Source: Octopus vulgaris
Taxonomy: Eukaryota
DNA length: 64,000 nt
Direction: 5' to 3'
Assembly: GCA_951406725.2 (NCBI GenBank)
Contig: OX597833.1
Location: 65,596,001 to 65,660,000, forward strand
Below the pieces are notes generated by a model. That model saw only the letters and a list, made by a program, of their open reading frames with translations, ran no database searches and was not told where the DNA came from. Position 1 is the first letter of the stretch. Each line of letters begins with the position of its first letter. Below, piece after piece: positions 1 to 14,512 of the stretch. Position numbers and translations under genes: made by a program.

Positions 1-474
1 AGATATTGTATGTATTTTCATGTAGCTCTTTATATTTGCATATATTATCTTATGTCAGCTAAATTTTTTTTATTATTCATAATTAAGCAACAATAACACT
101 CTCAGCTAAAATACACATCAAAGATGAAAGTAATATTTCCAATTTAATTTCATTAAAACAGAAATAGAATAACATATACACATGCATACAGACAGACACT
201 CATATATATGTATATATATTTTTTTTGTTATATGTTACAGCCTTTAGGCAGCGGCAATACTGGGGTACCGACAGTCAGACAGCGACCATGCTATCTATAT
301 GTACGTGTGTATATATCTATATGCCTATACTCTTTACTCTTTTACTTGTTTCAGTCGAGTAAATCGACCCCGGGACTTATTCTTTGTCAGCCCAGTACTT
401 GGGGATGAAAACACACCAGCATCGGTTGTCAAGCAATGTTAGGGGGACAAACACAGACACACAAACACATACAC

Positions 475-521
<47 letters not shown>

Positions 522-577
522 TATATATATATAAATATATAAATATATATATATATATATGTGTGTGTGTATATATA

Positions 578-784
578 TCCCCTTACTTAGCGGTCATTTG
601 AATAGCTCTTTTGTCTTAATAACGGTCAATCACACAGTAATTTCCCTTTGTATAACGGTCATTTTTCTTAGCATTTTCCCGATGGTCAGATAACTGAAGA
701 GATGGCGGCGTGGATTTCCACCTCGGCATCCGAAACTCGGAGTTTTATCATGGCTACCGAATTATTGTCACATATTACATTTAC

Positions 785-787
<3 letters not shown>
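578..787 (+). mobile_element. Short non-autonomous element inside (TA)n carrying a hammerhead motif (Penelope-like terminal repeat or retrozyme-like)
   Basis: About 210 bp of non-repetitive sequence flanked on both sides by (TA)n. It contains the hammerhead core at 689-749 and a repeated yrrcggtca-like motif upstream. Confidence 0.55.
689..749 (+). ncRNA. Type I hammerhead ribozyme motif (minimal stem III)
   Basis: GATAA-CTGAAGA-[stem II GATG..GTGGA tt TCCAC..CATC]-C-GAAAC-TCGGA-GTT-TTATC. Stem I GATAA/TTATC is perfect, stem III is ACTC-G-GAGT, and the cleavage triplet is GUU. Confidence 0.7.
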
Positions 788-822
<35 letters not shown>

Positions 823-826
<4 letters not shown>

Positions 827-902
827 TGACATATATTTGCCATTTGATTATTGGTTAACCCCTAAGGGTGGATGCTACTGTAGTTTGTAGCCTCAGGAAG
901 AC
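823..902 (+). mobile_element. Truncated copy of the inverted/direct-repeat element seen at 13905-14223
   Basis: atcgtgac..tttgccatttga..cctaagggtggatgctactgtagtttgtagcc..aggaagac matches 13905-13983. Confidence 0.75.
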
Positions 903-905
903 GCT

Positions 906-1353
906 CTGTGGTAAGTAGCTTTTTTACCAACCACAGGGTTCTGGGTTCAGTCCCACAAGGAGTGGCTGTGTGGTAAGTAGCTTGTTTACCAACCACATGC
1001 TTCTGGGTTCAGTCCCACTGCGTGGCACCTTGGGCAAGTGTCTTCTACTATAGCCTCGGGCCGACCAAAGCCTTGTGAGTGGATTTGGTAGACGGAAACT
1101 GAAAAGAAACCCGTCGTATATATGTATATATATATGTATGCGTTTTTGTGTGTCTGTGTTTGCCCCCCTAGCATTGCTTGACAACCGATGCTGGTGTGTT
1201 TATGTCCCCGTTACTTAGCGGTTCGGCAAAAGAGACCGATAGAATAAGTACTGGGCTTACAAAAGAATAAGCCCCGGGGTCGAGTTGCTCGATTAAAGGC
1301 GGTTCTCCAGCATGGCCGCAGTCAAATGACTGAAACAAGTAAAAGAGTAAAAG
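906..1353 (+). mobile_element. SINE family A (tRNA head, CORE-like domain, internal TA/TG microsatellite, CR1-like tail), with partly duplicated head
   Basis: A-box-like tggctgtgtggt, B-box-like ggttcagtccc, CORE-like gcaccttgggcaagtg, tail ggcgg..ccagcatggccgcagtcaaatgactgaaac. Other copies or fragments lie at about 328-480, 1371-1410, 3640-3850, 7430-7590, 15175-15332, 19675-20100, 28168-28300, 29730-29920 and 56290-56630. Confidence 0.85.
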
Positions 1354-1694
1354 ATATATATATATATATATAGGCACAGGAGTGACTGTGTGGTAAGTAG
1401 CTTGCTTACTGCTTACGACTGCAAAGTAGGCACTTGTTTTATAAGGGACTTAGTGGGTAATTTGTTGTATGACATTGTTCTTCCTTTTTTCATATAAGAA
1501 ATCCCCTCTGGGTCTCGAACATTTCGCTGCTGCAGTCACGCTGAGTAACTCACTTAGCGGTGAGAATTGTTTTGGTTTGGTGGGCGTGTCTCGCTACCAA
1601 AATTTGAAAAGTTTATAAAAGTTCGAGCCATTCGTAGAGGATTTTTTTTTGCTGATATGGTAAACTGGAGTGGCTGTGTGAAGCAATATTGTGT

Positions 1695-1857
1695 AAAAAA
1701 TAATAATGTTTTAATTTGTAAATGGTCTATTAAATCCAATAATTGTAAAACGGAAGTAAGAGGTTCAATACCTCGGTTTATTTTTTGTATAAAAAATTAT
1801 AATGTTTCAATTTGTAGATGGACTATTAAGTCAAATAATTGTAAAACGGAAGTAAGA
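1695..1857 (+). repeat. Two imperfect ~67-bp direct repeats (period ~96 bp)
   Basis: aaaaat.ataatgttt.aatttgta.atgg.ctattaa.tc.aataattgtaaaacggaagtaaga at 1695-1761 and 1791-1857. Confidence 0.8.
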
Positions 1858-2011
1858 TTTTGTCCAGTCGCTTCTCCGCCTCCGTGAGGTTAAGATTTGA
1901 ATTTATTTTTGTTATATAGGGTTTGATTAGCTGTCCGCAAGAGTTTAGCTTTCGTGGATACGAAACTATTGATCACTCTATGACCAGACTTTGAATTCAT
2001 CTTTTAATTTC

Positions 2012-2052
2012 ATATATATATTTATATACATATATATATATACATACATATA

Positions 2053-2134
<82 letters not shown>

Positions 2135-2173
2135 CATATATATATGTGTGTGTATATATATATATATACATAC

Positions 2174-2204
<31 letters not shown>

Positions 2205-2222
2205 TGCATACATATATATATA

Positions 2223-2264
<42 letters not shown>

Positions 2265-2316
2265 TATGTATATACATATATATATGTATATATATATACA
2301 TACATACATATATATG

Positions 2317-2358
<42 letters not shown>

Positions 2359-2389
2359 CATACATACATATATATGTATATATATATAT

Positions 2390-2440
<51 letters not shown>
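2012..2440. repeat. (TA)n/(TACA)n microsatellite
   Basis: Directly visible; one of many similar TA tracts in the window. Confidence 0.95.
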
Positions 2441-2645
2441 CACGCCATGATAGATTGTTAGCTCCTACGCGCATTTTTTTCTCTCCTTGTTTCTCTTCTT
2501 GTTTCTTTCTGTGTCCCTTTCTGCAGAAGAGCGTAGGCTCGAAACTTAAAAGACTTTTTCAATTCCTGAGCGCTATACTAACACATTTGTTTGTTTGTAC
2601 TCCACCTGCGTTCGTCTTTTGTTTATTTTCGTAAACTTTCCCTTT
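2441..2645 (+). mobile_element. ~200-bp repeat family with hammerhead-like core (ctgNNgaagagcgtaggctcgaaac)
   Basis: Four copies: here (+), and 3961-4143, 56717-56865, 57095-57300 (all -). Most abut (TA)n. Confidence 0.7.
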
Positions 2646-2646
2646 C

Positions 2647-3302
<656 letters not shown>

Positions 3303-3348
3303 GCACGCACGCACACACATATATATATACATGTGTGTGCGTATATAT

Positions 3349-3528
3349 ATTTCTTTACTACCCACAAGGGGCTAAACATAGAGGAGACAAACAAGGACAG
3401 ACAAATGGATTAAGTCGATTACATCGACTCCAGTGCGTAACTGATACTTAATTTATCGACCCCGAAAGGATGAAAGGCAAAGTCAACCACTGCGGAATTT
3501 GAACTCAGAACGTAACAGCTGACGAAAT
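3349..3528 (-). mobile_element. SINE family B, headless single unit
   Basis: Matches the 184-bp unit of the arrays at 31991, 51246 and 52901. Confidence 0.85.
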
Positions 3529-3847
3529 GTGTGCGTATATATATATATACATGGGCCACCATGTATACACACACAGACACACACATATACACACACACAT
3601 ATATATATACATATTTATATATATTTGCATGTATGTATGTATGCATGGATTTATGTGTCTGTGTTCGTCCTCATATCAACGCTTGACAACCAATGCTCGT
3701 GTGTTTACATCCCCGTAGCTTAGCGAGACGGCAAAAGACAACGATGGAATAGGTACTAGGCTTACAAAAATAAGACCTGGTGTCGATTTGTTCGACTGAC
3801 GGCGATACTCCAGCATGGCCGCAGTGAAATGACTCACAAAAGTAAAA

Positions 3848-3933
<86 letters not shown>

Positions 3934-3960
3934 GTATGTGTATGTATGTATGTATGTATA

Positions 3961-4143
3961 TAGGGAGAATTCACGAAAAAAACAAAGGACGAAGACAGGT
4001 GGTGTAGAAGACAAACAGATGTATTAGTAAAACGCTCAGGAATAGAAAAAGTATTTTACGTTTCGAGCCTACGCTCTTCTACAGAAAGGGACATAGGAGA
4101 GAAACAAGGAGAGAAAAAATGTGTGTAGTGGCTACCGATCATT
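3961..4143 (-). mobile_element. Hammerhead-like repeat family copy
   Basis: The reverse complement reads cctttctgtagaagagcgtaggctcgaaacgtaaaa; homologous to 2441-2645. Confidence 0.7.
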
Positions 4144-4144
4144 C

Positions 4145-4179
<35 letters not shown>

Positions 4180-4446
4180 TGTATGTATGTATGTATTTAT
4201 GTATTTATGTATTTATGTATACGTATATACGTATATATATGTCTGCCCTAAATGAAATCAATAACAACTACTGCAAACTTATGAGGAAATTACTAGTGGA
4301 TGACCGAATTGAACTATACTGTATGTATGTATATATATAGAATTATGAAAGAGACCAAAGTGTACGTACGCTGCTATATGTTTTATATATAAAAAATACA
4401 AGAACGCAAGAACGGACAAGAACGCAAAACATACAGACATATATGT

Positions 4447-4513
<67 letters not shown>

Positions 4514-5927
4514 CATATATAAATATATATATATATGTGTGTATGTGTGTGTATAAATGAATAAATATACATTAAGTACAGGACATCACCAGCGAGCGAA
4601 AAATATGTAAACGTATGTACAACCTCTATTTAACGCCGTATAAGGCGTACTTTCGCATAAAACTTAACCCCATTTTACACGTATAATGGTATATTTTATC
4701 ACTCTCTTATTGAAAAATATTTGGAAGAGAAAGATATTTGCAGGCGAAAATAAACGATTCTGTTGAAGTAAATACAAATTCTGACGCTACACAGGAATCA
4801 AGAACGAATACAATAAATGTATCATAAACTAGGAAATTACGTTAGACTCTTGACGTATATGAGTTTCACTTTCGTTCAGATTGTCAGCAGAGTTATAACT
4901 GTGGCCAAGAGAATTGACATCCAGGATGTCAACATATTTTCATAATGACGTTTTGTAATTGCTGCAACCGGCTGCCATGATGATTCACAACCTCTATTAG
5001 TGTTCTTGGCATCCACTCATCGCAAATAGCTGATTAGAAGATGAAAGATTAACATTACTTTCATGTTTCTAGAAGTATCTTCAGTTAGATAATTAAAAAC
5101 TGTTTCTTAAAGGTAACACAATCATTAAACGACGTGAGTTACCGTAAACAGATTATGATATCTTGGCTTGTTTTAATATTTTATGATTAGTAATGTTTAA
5201 GGTACCTAACGGATTTATACTTATCCAGCTACCGAGAATAAAAATGTACATCCTCATCCCGGAATACAGCATCTTTAGGCGCAAAAGGGCATTTTTTCTT
5301 TGTTTTATATTTAAAAATGATGAAAAGCATCTTACTCGTCGACAAGTACGGATATATAATGTGCGTGCGTGTGTGTATACATATATAAAATATAAACAAG
5401 CACGCACATGTATATGTATATACATAAATACATACACAATATAAACAAACAAGCACATGTATATGTATATACATAAATACATACACATACATATATATAC
5501 ATAAATATATACACACTCCCACACAGAGTGTATATATATGTCATGTTATTAAGCGAATCATTATTGCTAATGCAAAGAAAATGTATTTCCATTTAAGAAA
5601 CAATAAACAAAGAAAGAAAAACAAATATACAAGAAATAAACATTCAAATAAATAAACAATATTCTCAATAAATAAACAATAATGTCAATAAATAAATAAA
5701 ATAGATAAATAAATAAATAATGGTGAATCTACTCACCAGCAAAAGAGAAAAAGAGAGAGAGAGAGAGAGTTATTGATTTTTGCACTTAAAAAACTCATTT
5801 CTGGAAACATTTCAAGTCATTCATAATTGAGGGATTAAATTGAATTTCAAAATAGCCTGAAATGATATATTTAAGTACTAAACGTGTTTGTCTGATACTA
5901 CATATGTGGATATATCTATATATATAT

Positions 5928-5976
<49 letters not shown>

Positions 5977-6180
5977 TATAGGTATATATATGTATATGTG
6001 TATATACATATACCATATATATTTATATGAAGTTGTATATATATATATATATATATACACCATACATATATATATATATAAGTATGTATATATACATATA
6101 TAAGTATATATACAGACGCATTGCTACAAGTGCATATATACGTGTATATGCCTATATGTGTGTGTATATATATATATAGT

Positions 6181-6234
<54 letters not shown>

Positions 6235-7063
6235 GTATGTGTATATATGTGTGCGTTTGTCGGTATGTTTGTATGTATATATATATATATATATACATAT
6301 ATGTTTGTATGTATGTTTGTATGTATGTATGTAGACATTGTGAGAGCTGTGATTTGAATGATATTTCAATGACATTAGCAAAACAATGATATAGCGTGTA
6401 ATATCGTGATTTATTTCAGATATTTGTTATGACTTCTATTATACTTTAGAAAAGTTTTAGTCAAATGGGTTCTGCCATACTGGAGTACCAAGGTCAAGTT
6501 TATCATTATACGTTCATGTATTTTTATTTATTTCATTTTATTTTATTTTATTTTTATAATTTATACTTCGTCTTTCAATTTTATTTCATTGACGCACGGC
6601 AATTTTTATTTTATTTTTTTACTAATTTTATATCCAGCGAAGACTGCTTGATGATATTGTTCGATTCTCCCGAGTTTCGAACTGCGTACTGCGTTCTCTT
6701 CTCTAGAGATCCAGCTGGGATGGAAGTTCCATGCTGGTTGACCACATATTACATGTTCGCGGTGGATTAGGAAGTATCTCGAAGAGATATGGATTGATAA
6801 GGGGGCGATTTTCAGACGAAGTATCTGAAGGAGATGTCGACTGGTAAAGGAGAATTTTCGTGGGGTTTGCTGGAGCCTACAAGCAAATATTGACAAACGG
6901 TGATTGCAATGAGGTGCAACAGTGATGTAAGTGTACATATTTAGGACATTTAAGGTCTAACAGCTGTTTCCAGGATATTTATTAACATCTGTTGTTAAGC
7001 GCTGGTGGGTGACTGAGACATACACACATAAATATACATACACATACACACATATGTATATGT

Positions 7064-7115
<52 letters not shown>

Positions 7116-7333
7116 TGTACATTTAAACTCATAAGAGGTAGCCACTATTCCTTCTAACGTGCCAGGTATCCTATGACGGTTACCTCTTATGTGTTTAAAT
7201 GTACACTGCATTTATATGATATATAATATGTTGCCTATTGACAGATTTTTCTACACACTAGGCTACTGGAAGTAAAAGAATTCTAAAACTTTTTCTTATA
7301 TTAGTAATATATATTTTATTATCATTATTATTA

Positions 7334-7414
<81 letters not shown>

Positions 7415-7878
7415 ATGTGGGTGTGTGTGTGTACGACGGGTTTCTTCCAGTCACCATCTCCCAAATCTACTCACAAGGTTTAGGTCAGCCCGAGGTTATA
7501 GTAGAAAACACTTGATCAAGTTGTCTCGTAGTGTGACTGAACCCAATACCATGTACTTAAGGAGAATGCTTCTTATAACACAGCCACGCCAGCAAATAAA
7601 TACACCGAAACACATAATTATATCATTACTGATATTTAAATTTATTCTACACTTTTATTGTAACTTAATAGGCAATATTTCGAGTGAAAAAGACTAAATT
7701 CTAATGCCAGAAAAAGGAGACGGAGCTGAACTTCAGTCGTCTGCACAAGCGCAAGCGTAAAACATTGTTAAGGATCTACGCACAAAAAACAGCTACCACT
7801 AAATTTTATGAATGTGCGTTACTTACATACATTATATTATATTATATATATGTATATATATGTAAAGATTATATATTG

Positions 7879-7912
<34 letters not shown>

Positions 7913-8353
7913 GTATGTATATGTGTATATATTCACTACCGGTGCGCACGTAAACAAAGTATTAAAAGTGGACAGGAACCTCCCCTTCTTTCCGAGAGAA
8001 TGGTTCCAATGTTTGTAAAAAAACAACAATACGAAGAAAAAACGGCAACAATTATTTCAGTGGAAATCCAACATACATATATGCACATCCGTATCGGATA
8101 TGTATATGTATGTAAACAAGTATGCATGTATCTATGTTTATATATATATGTGTGTGTGTGTGACTGTGTGTTTGTGTGTGATTGTGTGCGTACGTGTTTC
8201 TATATATATGTACGTATATAATATATAATATAATATATATATATATATATACGTATATGTATATGCATACATATATGTATACGTATATACATGAATATAT
8301 ACGTATGTAGATATATGCATACATATGTATATATATATGCATGTATCTATGTC

Positions 8354-8385
<32 letters not shown>

Positions 8386-8435
8386 TGTATAGTTGTATAT
8401 AAACTTAAAACTTGTTGAGTGACAAGATCGATAGT

Positions 8436-8503
<68 letters not shown>

Positions 8504-8582
8504 CTGATAGAATGATAGATAGTTGGATAGATATACAGAAAGAGAGAGTGGGAGTGAGAGAGTGTATACACATACACACACA

Positions 8583-8657
<75 letters not shown>

Positions 8658-8710
8658 GTATATAGATATATACATCTATACATATAGATAGATATACACA
8701 CACACACATT

Positions 8711-8838
<128 letters not shown>

Positions 8839-9391
8839 TATATACATATGTACACATGGTGCCTACATCCATACATACATATTTCCAGGGGATTTATTCT
8901 AATGCAATCAGAGATTTGGTTTTCTGATAAAATTGTTTCGTATCATGTTTCGATATTGCTTTCGTTCCGGTACACTGGATATATATATTTTCTTCTTCTA
9001 TACCCATATATACAACAGTCGACCGCCCCATTCGTGTATATGTACGCCTGTGTTTATCTATGTGAGTGTATGATGATTGAGTGTATATATGTGTATGTAT
9101 TTAATAAATATTCTATAACTAAAAGAGAGTATAAAGAAAAAAAACCTTAAGCATCGTAATCTGCACATAGATAAATATGCGCGCATAAATATATACACAT
9201 CACTGTATATACATACCCTGATATAGACAAGTATACACACACAAACATACATACTTATATACCACACATAAATACATACATGCATAACATAGGTACGTAT
9301 ATACATACATAAACATTTTCTGCAGTGAGTCCAATATAGCTATTGACAGTTTTGTCATTGATAACCGGCTTGCATGCATATATATATATAA

Positions 9392-9457
<66 letters not shown>

Positions 9458-9469
9458 CACTGATATATT

Positions 9470-9501
<32 letters not shown>

Positions 9502-9774
9502 TATATAAAACAATATGTATATATGTATATGCGTGTCTAAATATACTTGTGTGCTTAAATTTGTATGTACGGGTATTCCTATATACACGTATATATGATA
9601 TACGCCTGTATTTATGGATATATAATTATTTCATATACGAACAGCCGCCGTCTCGTTAAACAATAGTGTATTCATGGACCTACAAAATGAAATGTTTACT
9701 TGTATATTCCGATAAACACATTGGCACTCACACGTACACACACACACATAATTAGAGATACATACATAGATAGA

Positions 9775-9954
9775 TAGGCGCAGCAGTGGATGTATGGTGA
9801 GTAGCTTACTTCCCAATCACATGGTTCCGGGTTCAGCCCCATTTCGTGGCACCGTGGGCAAGTATCATCTACGATAGCCTCGGGCCGACCAAAGGCTAGT
9901 GAGTGGATTTGGTACACGGAAACTAAAAGAAACCCATCGATTATATATATATAC

Positions 9955-9998
<44 letters not shown>

Positions 9999-10213
9999 AT
10001 ATGTTTGTGTGTTGGGTTTGTCCCCACCAACATAGCCTGACAACCGATGCAGGGGTGTCTCCGTCCGCGTAAATTAGCGGTTCGGCAAAAGAGACTGATA
10101 GAATAAGTACTAGGCTTACAAAAAATAAGTCTTGGGGTCGATTTGTTCAACTAAAGACGGTGCTCCAGCATGGCGGCAGTCAAATGACTGAAGCAAGTAA
10201 AAGAATAAAAGAA
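9775..10213 (+). mobile_element. SINE family A, full length
   Basis: Head taggcgcagcagtgg, CORE-like segment, internal (TA)(TG)n, conserved tail. Confidence 0.85.
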
Positions 10214-10681
10214 ATTATATACACACGCGCACATTTTTATATGTATGTGTATATGATTGTATACACTTCCATAATGTGAAATATAGACAGATGATATTTC
10301 CAAAATTGACAGAGATATAGAAAAGTGAAACAATGGCAGATGGACGTTACGATAACTGTGAGAACAGAAAAGAATGAGACGGATGGCCAAAAGAGACACA
10401 AAGCAGGGAACTGGAGAAGAATGGCGTAGAATACAATTGGCAAATGTTTAACTGACAACTGTAAATATGACAAGAGCAGACAAAAGGGATATATTAAAAC
10501 TGAGACAGGAATAGATTTTACTTAAATATCTTCCAAGTATACGCAGTCATGTTCTACCGTTTTCTTTTTAACTGTAGAGTAAATGGAACGCCAAAACGAA
10601 AGACAGTGCAGAAACAGAACTAGCAAGAAAGGAGAATGTAAGTCAAGAATTATAGACTTACCAAATGCTTACCGTTATGGT

Positions 10682-10831
10682 AAAGATTGTTTGCCAACAT
10701 AACATGGCAATCCTGGTTTAAGACTAATGTTGCTGTAATTTAGCCCCAGGGGACATCGTCTCCAGCAGGATAGATTACAGCAACATTTGTCCTAAACCAG
10801 GACTGCCATGTTATGTTGGCAAACAATCTTT
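10682..10831. repeat. ~58-bp-arm inverted repeat (foldback element)
   Basis: aaagattgtttgccaacataacatggca..tgctgtaat pairs with attacagca..tgccatgttatgttggcaaacaatcttt. The loop motif is tagccccagg..ccagcagg. Confidence 0.85.
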
Positions 10832-12178
10832 TCTACAAAGTACTGTTGCTGAATAACTCAAAGAAATAGTAATTTGCTTACCATTAGTCTAAAATTTATT
10901 AACTGGCTTCATAACTGAAGAAATGGGTGCTGTATTTCCGGCATACAATTCGACCTATTATATAATGCGAACACTGAAACATCGTAACTATCTTTCGAAT
11001 TCCTGCTGCATTTCGCATGGAATTTTTGATCTTCCAAAATCGTCCTGGTGTTTAAGTCGACCCACTTTCTTGTTTGCTTTTTGCTGTAAATTTTGCCTTG
11101 AAAAATTTGACTGATATGTCTAAATCGTTCTAACTTTCTAGAAGGAGAATCTACTCTGGGAAAAAACAAAATGGTACAAAAATATTCAAGGGAAGCTGTT
11201 GATCAGTTGTGCATTGATTGTATGATACTTAATGAAGGATGAATAACAAAAAAAGAATGAATCTGTTAGATGTTTGTCTGGATAGACTATAAAATGAGAC
11301 AATATTACATTAATGAACGAAACACGCAACAAGGAGTAAGAATAGTTAGAAATAGAAGGAAATTAAAAGGAGAAAAAACGACAAAGGGATTGAAAAAATA
11401 TAATGTGAACCATAGGCATTTGGTGTAAGTGTCTGAGACATAGACTGAAATGAAATAATTGCAAGCAAAAATTCAAACAAGAAGCAGACGATATGTACTA
11501 GACAGTGTAAATGTAGACATCTTGGTAAGTTCTTACGAAGAAGAGGGTGAAATAAATTAACATTTCTTTGTTTATTTTAACATCTAACATTTGTTTTGTT
11601 ATTGTAGCTCATATTTCCACCAATTTTTTTTGTTTTCTTGTGAGTATGTGTGTGTGTTTCTTTCTTAACTTCAAGTCTATTATTCATTGTTATTTCAACC
11701 GTGTTTATTCCTTCTTGATGTTGTTTGTTTATTTTTCTGAGTACAGCAACAACAACAACAACAACAACAACAAAATAACCACAACAACAACAACAACAAT
11801 TATAGAAAACGTATGAACAAAATCACTAATTCCAAAATAGACTTTCTACTTTCACTTTCTAATTGCATTAAATTAACTTGAGTTGTATGAAAATTTTCGA
11901 TTGTTTAGTTTTTAAGTTTTTGTTGATGTTTGGTATTGGATGTTGTTGTTGCTGTTGTTGTTGTTGTTGTTGTTTAAGTTTATGGCGCGTGTATTTGTTG
12001 TGTTTATTTGTTTATGCGGCAGGTGACGAGGAGGTCGAAGGTTGGTGTGATTATTGAAGTTGTTCCTTCTTTGAAAACATTATGTTTTTTGGCGATTGTT
12101 CGTAATTAAGAGCAACGTTTTAACGCGTTTGCTTGTTTCTCTGCTTGTAAAGTTTTTCCTCTCGATAGCCTTGCTATT

Positions 12179-12233
<55 letters not shown>

Positions 12234-12367
12234 CAGTAGTGCTGCTGCTGGTGCAGCTGCTGGTGGTGCTTTTGGTTTTGGTGGCAGTGATGCTGGGGTT
12301 GTTTGTGATGATGATGATGATGTCAAAAATTGCAGCGGTTCAGTTATTGTTGTTGCTGCTGTTGTTG

Positions 12368-12399
<32 letters not shown>

Positions 12400-12639
12400 G
12401 GTGGTGGTTCCGTTACTACAGTTCTTGTCTCTGGTGTTTGTTACTGGTGGTGGAGGCTCTGCTGGTGTAGGTGGTAATGATGGCGCTAAGTGTGGTAGAG
12501 ATGGTGATGGAATTGTCGCCATTTTGTGGGGGGGTTTTTTGTCCTGTTTCTTTACAATATTGCTTCTTGGAACTGTAAACCTCATAATCTATAGAACCGA
12601 GAGATTGGAAAGCAATTTCTTCTCTTTTCTTTTTCGTTT

Positions 12640-13300
<661 letters not shown>

Positions 13301-13754
13301 TTATCTTTTGGCAGTTTGGTAACCAGTTTGTTTGTATTTCTTCATATATAGTCTGTCCTTCTCATTAACGAGTTCTGCTAATGCCCCTCATTAATATTTC
13401 ATTTCATTACAGATTTCTTATTCTGCAGACACAAATATTTAGCTGGAATGGTAAAATAGTTCTCTGCGACAATTTCTGTCTTTCAAAAGAAACATGAAAA
13501 GTGAAAGAAGAAAAAAAAGAAGAAAAAACATAACCAAGACAGCAGCAACAACAACAACAACATCAAAAGAGGAAATTCATTAGCTGAAGTGATATAAATT
13601 AATTTACACCAGACATCAAAACTGGATCGAATCAATAAGGGAAGATGTTTTTACGTGGATGATCGACCTACAAGAAATAGCAGCCAACTTGCTAAATATT
13701 CGTTGACGTTCTGACGTGAAGTCTCGTTCGATAATGGGGTTGGTTTTAGATATA

Positions 13755-13875
13755 ACTAGCAGTAAAACCCCGCTTTGCCCGGGAATAAGTTAGCAATATT
13801 AAGCTAATCAAGTTCTTTATTTCAAACCAAACTAAGTAACATTGACGTCAAATTTCGGCGAAATCCGTTGAAATT

Positions 13876-13880
<5 letters not shown>
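13755..13880 (-). mobile_element. Helitron-like 3' end fragment
   Basis: The minus strand ends with GC hairpin cccgggcaaagcgggg, followed ~8 nt later by CTAG|T, the canonical Helitron 3' signature. Confidence 0.45.
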
Positions 13881-13904
<24 letters not shown>

Positions 13905-13906
<2 letters not shown>

Positions 13907-14223
13907 CGTGACGTATATTTGCCATTTGAATATGGCTAACCCCTAAGGGTGGATGCTACTGTAGTTTGCAGCCCCAGGAAGACACCTCCTCCAGCTGGCT
14001 ATAGACACACTTTCTGTGTCCTATCAGTATTTGTGAAGGGAAGCCATCCTTCCCGTCTTCAACTTATGATACACACGGACCCGAGTTTCAAGGTATTAAC
14101 CTATAGTTTGTAGCCCCAGGAAGACACCTCCTCCAGCAGGCTATAGACACACTTTCTGTGCCCTATCAGTAGCATCCACCCTTAGGGGTTAGCCATATTC
14201 AAATGGCAAATATACGTCACGAT
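13905..14223. mobile_element. Element with perfect 57-bp terminal inverted repeats enclosing two 68-bp direct repeats
   Basis: Inverted repeats at 13905-13961 and 14167-14223; direct repeats at 13962-14029 and 14104-14171. The left end abuts (TA)n. Confidence 0.85.
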
Positions 14224-14289
14224 GTGTTGCCGCTATTGTTTATAACTCGCTCTGAGATTTATCATTGTTATATATATATATATATATAA

Positions 14290-14512
14290 ATGGCGGCGAG
14301 CTGGCAGAATCGTTAGCACGCCGGGCGAAATGCGTAGCCGTATTTCGTCTACTGTTACGTTCTGAGTTCAAATTCCGCCAAGGTCGACTTTGCCTTTCAT
14401 CCTTTCGGGGTCGATAAATTAAGTACCAGTAACGCACTGGGGTCGATATAATCGACTTTGTCTGTCCTTGTTTGTCCTCCCTGTGTTTAGCCCCTTGTGG
14501 GTAGTAAAGAAA
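14290..14512 (+). mobile_element. SINE family B monomer (tRNA-like head, Meta-domain-like core)
   Basis: ggcggcgagctggcagaatcgttagc..gagttcaaattcc (B-box-like)..gcctttcatcctttcggggtcgataaattaagtacc..tagccccttgtgggtagtaaagaaa. Partial copies lie at about 21840-21985, 33470-33655, 48830-49040, 49350-49470, 52620-52745 and 58780-58910. Confidence 0.85.

Noticed and set aside
1924-1975. Stem-loop followed by GAAAC resembling a hammerhead
   Set aside because: The CUGANGA core is absent.
1978-2634. Many 60-390-aa ORFs rich in YI/IY, poly-I, poly-L, LS or ER (here and throughout)
   Set aside because: They are translations of (TA)n, (ATT)n, (GATA)n and (GA)n microsatellites, open in several frames on both strands.
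4870-5300. Possible two-exon small secreted peptide on the minus strand (MRMYIFILGSWISINPL/AICDEW..)
   Set aside because: Weak donor site, no recognisable homology, and alternative frames are equally plausible.
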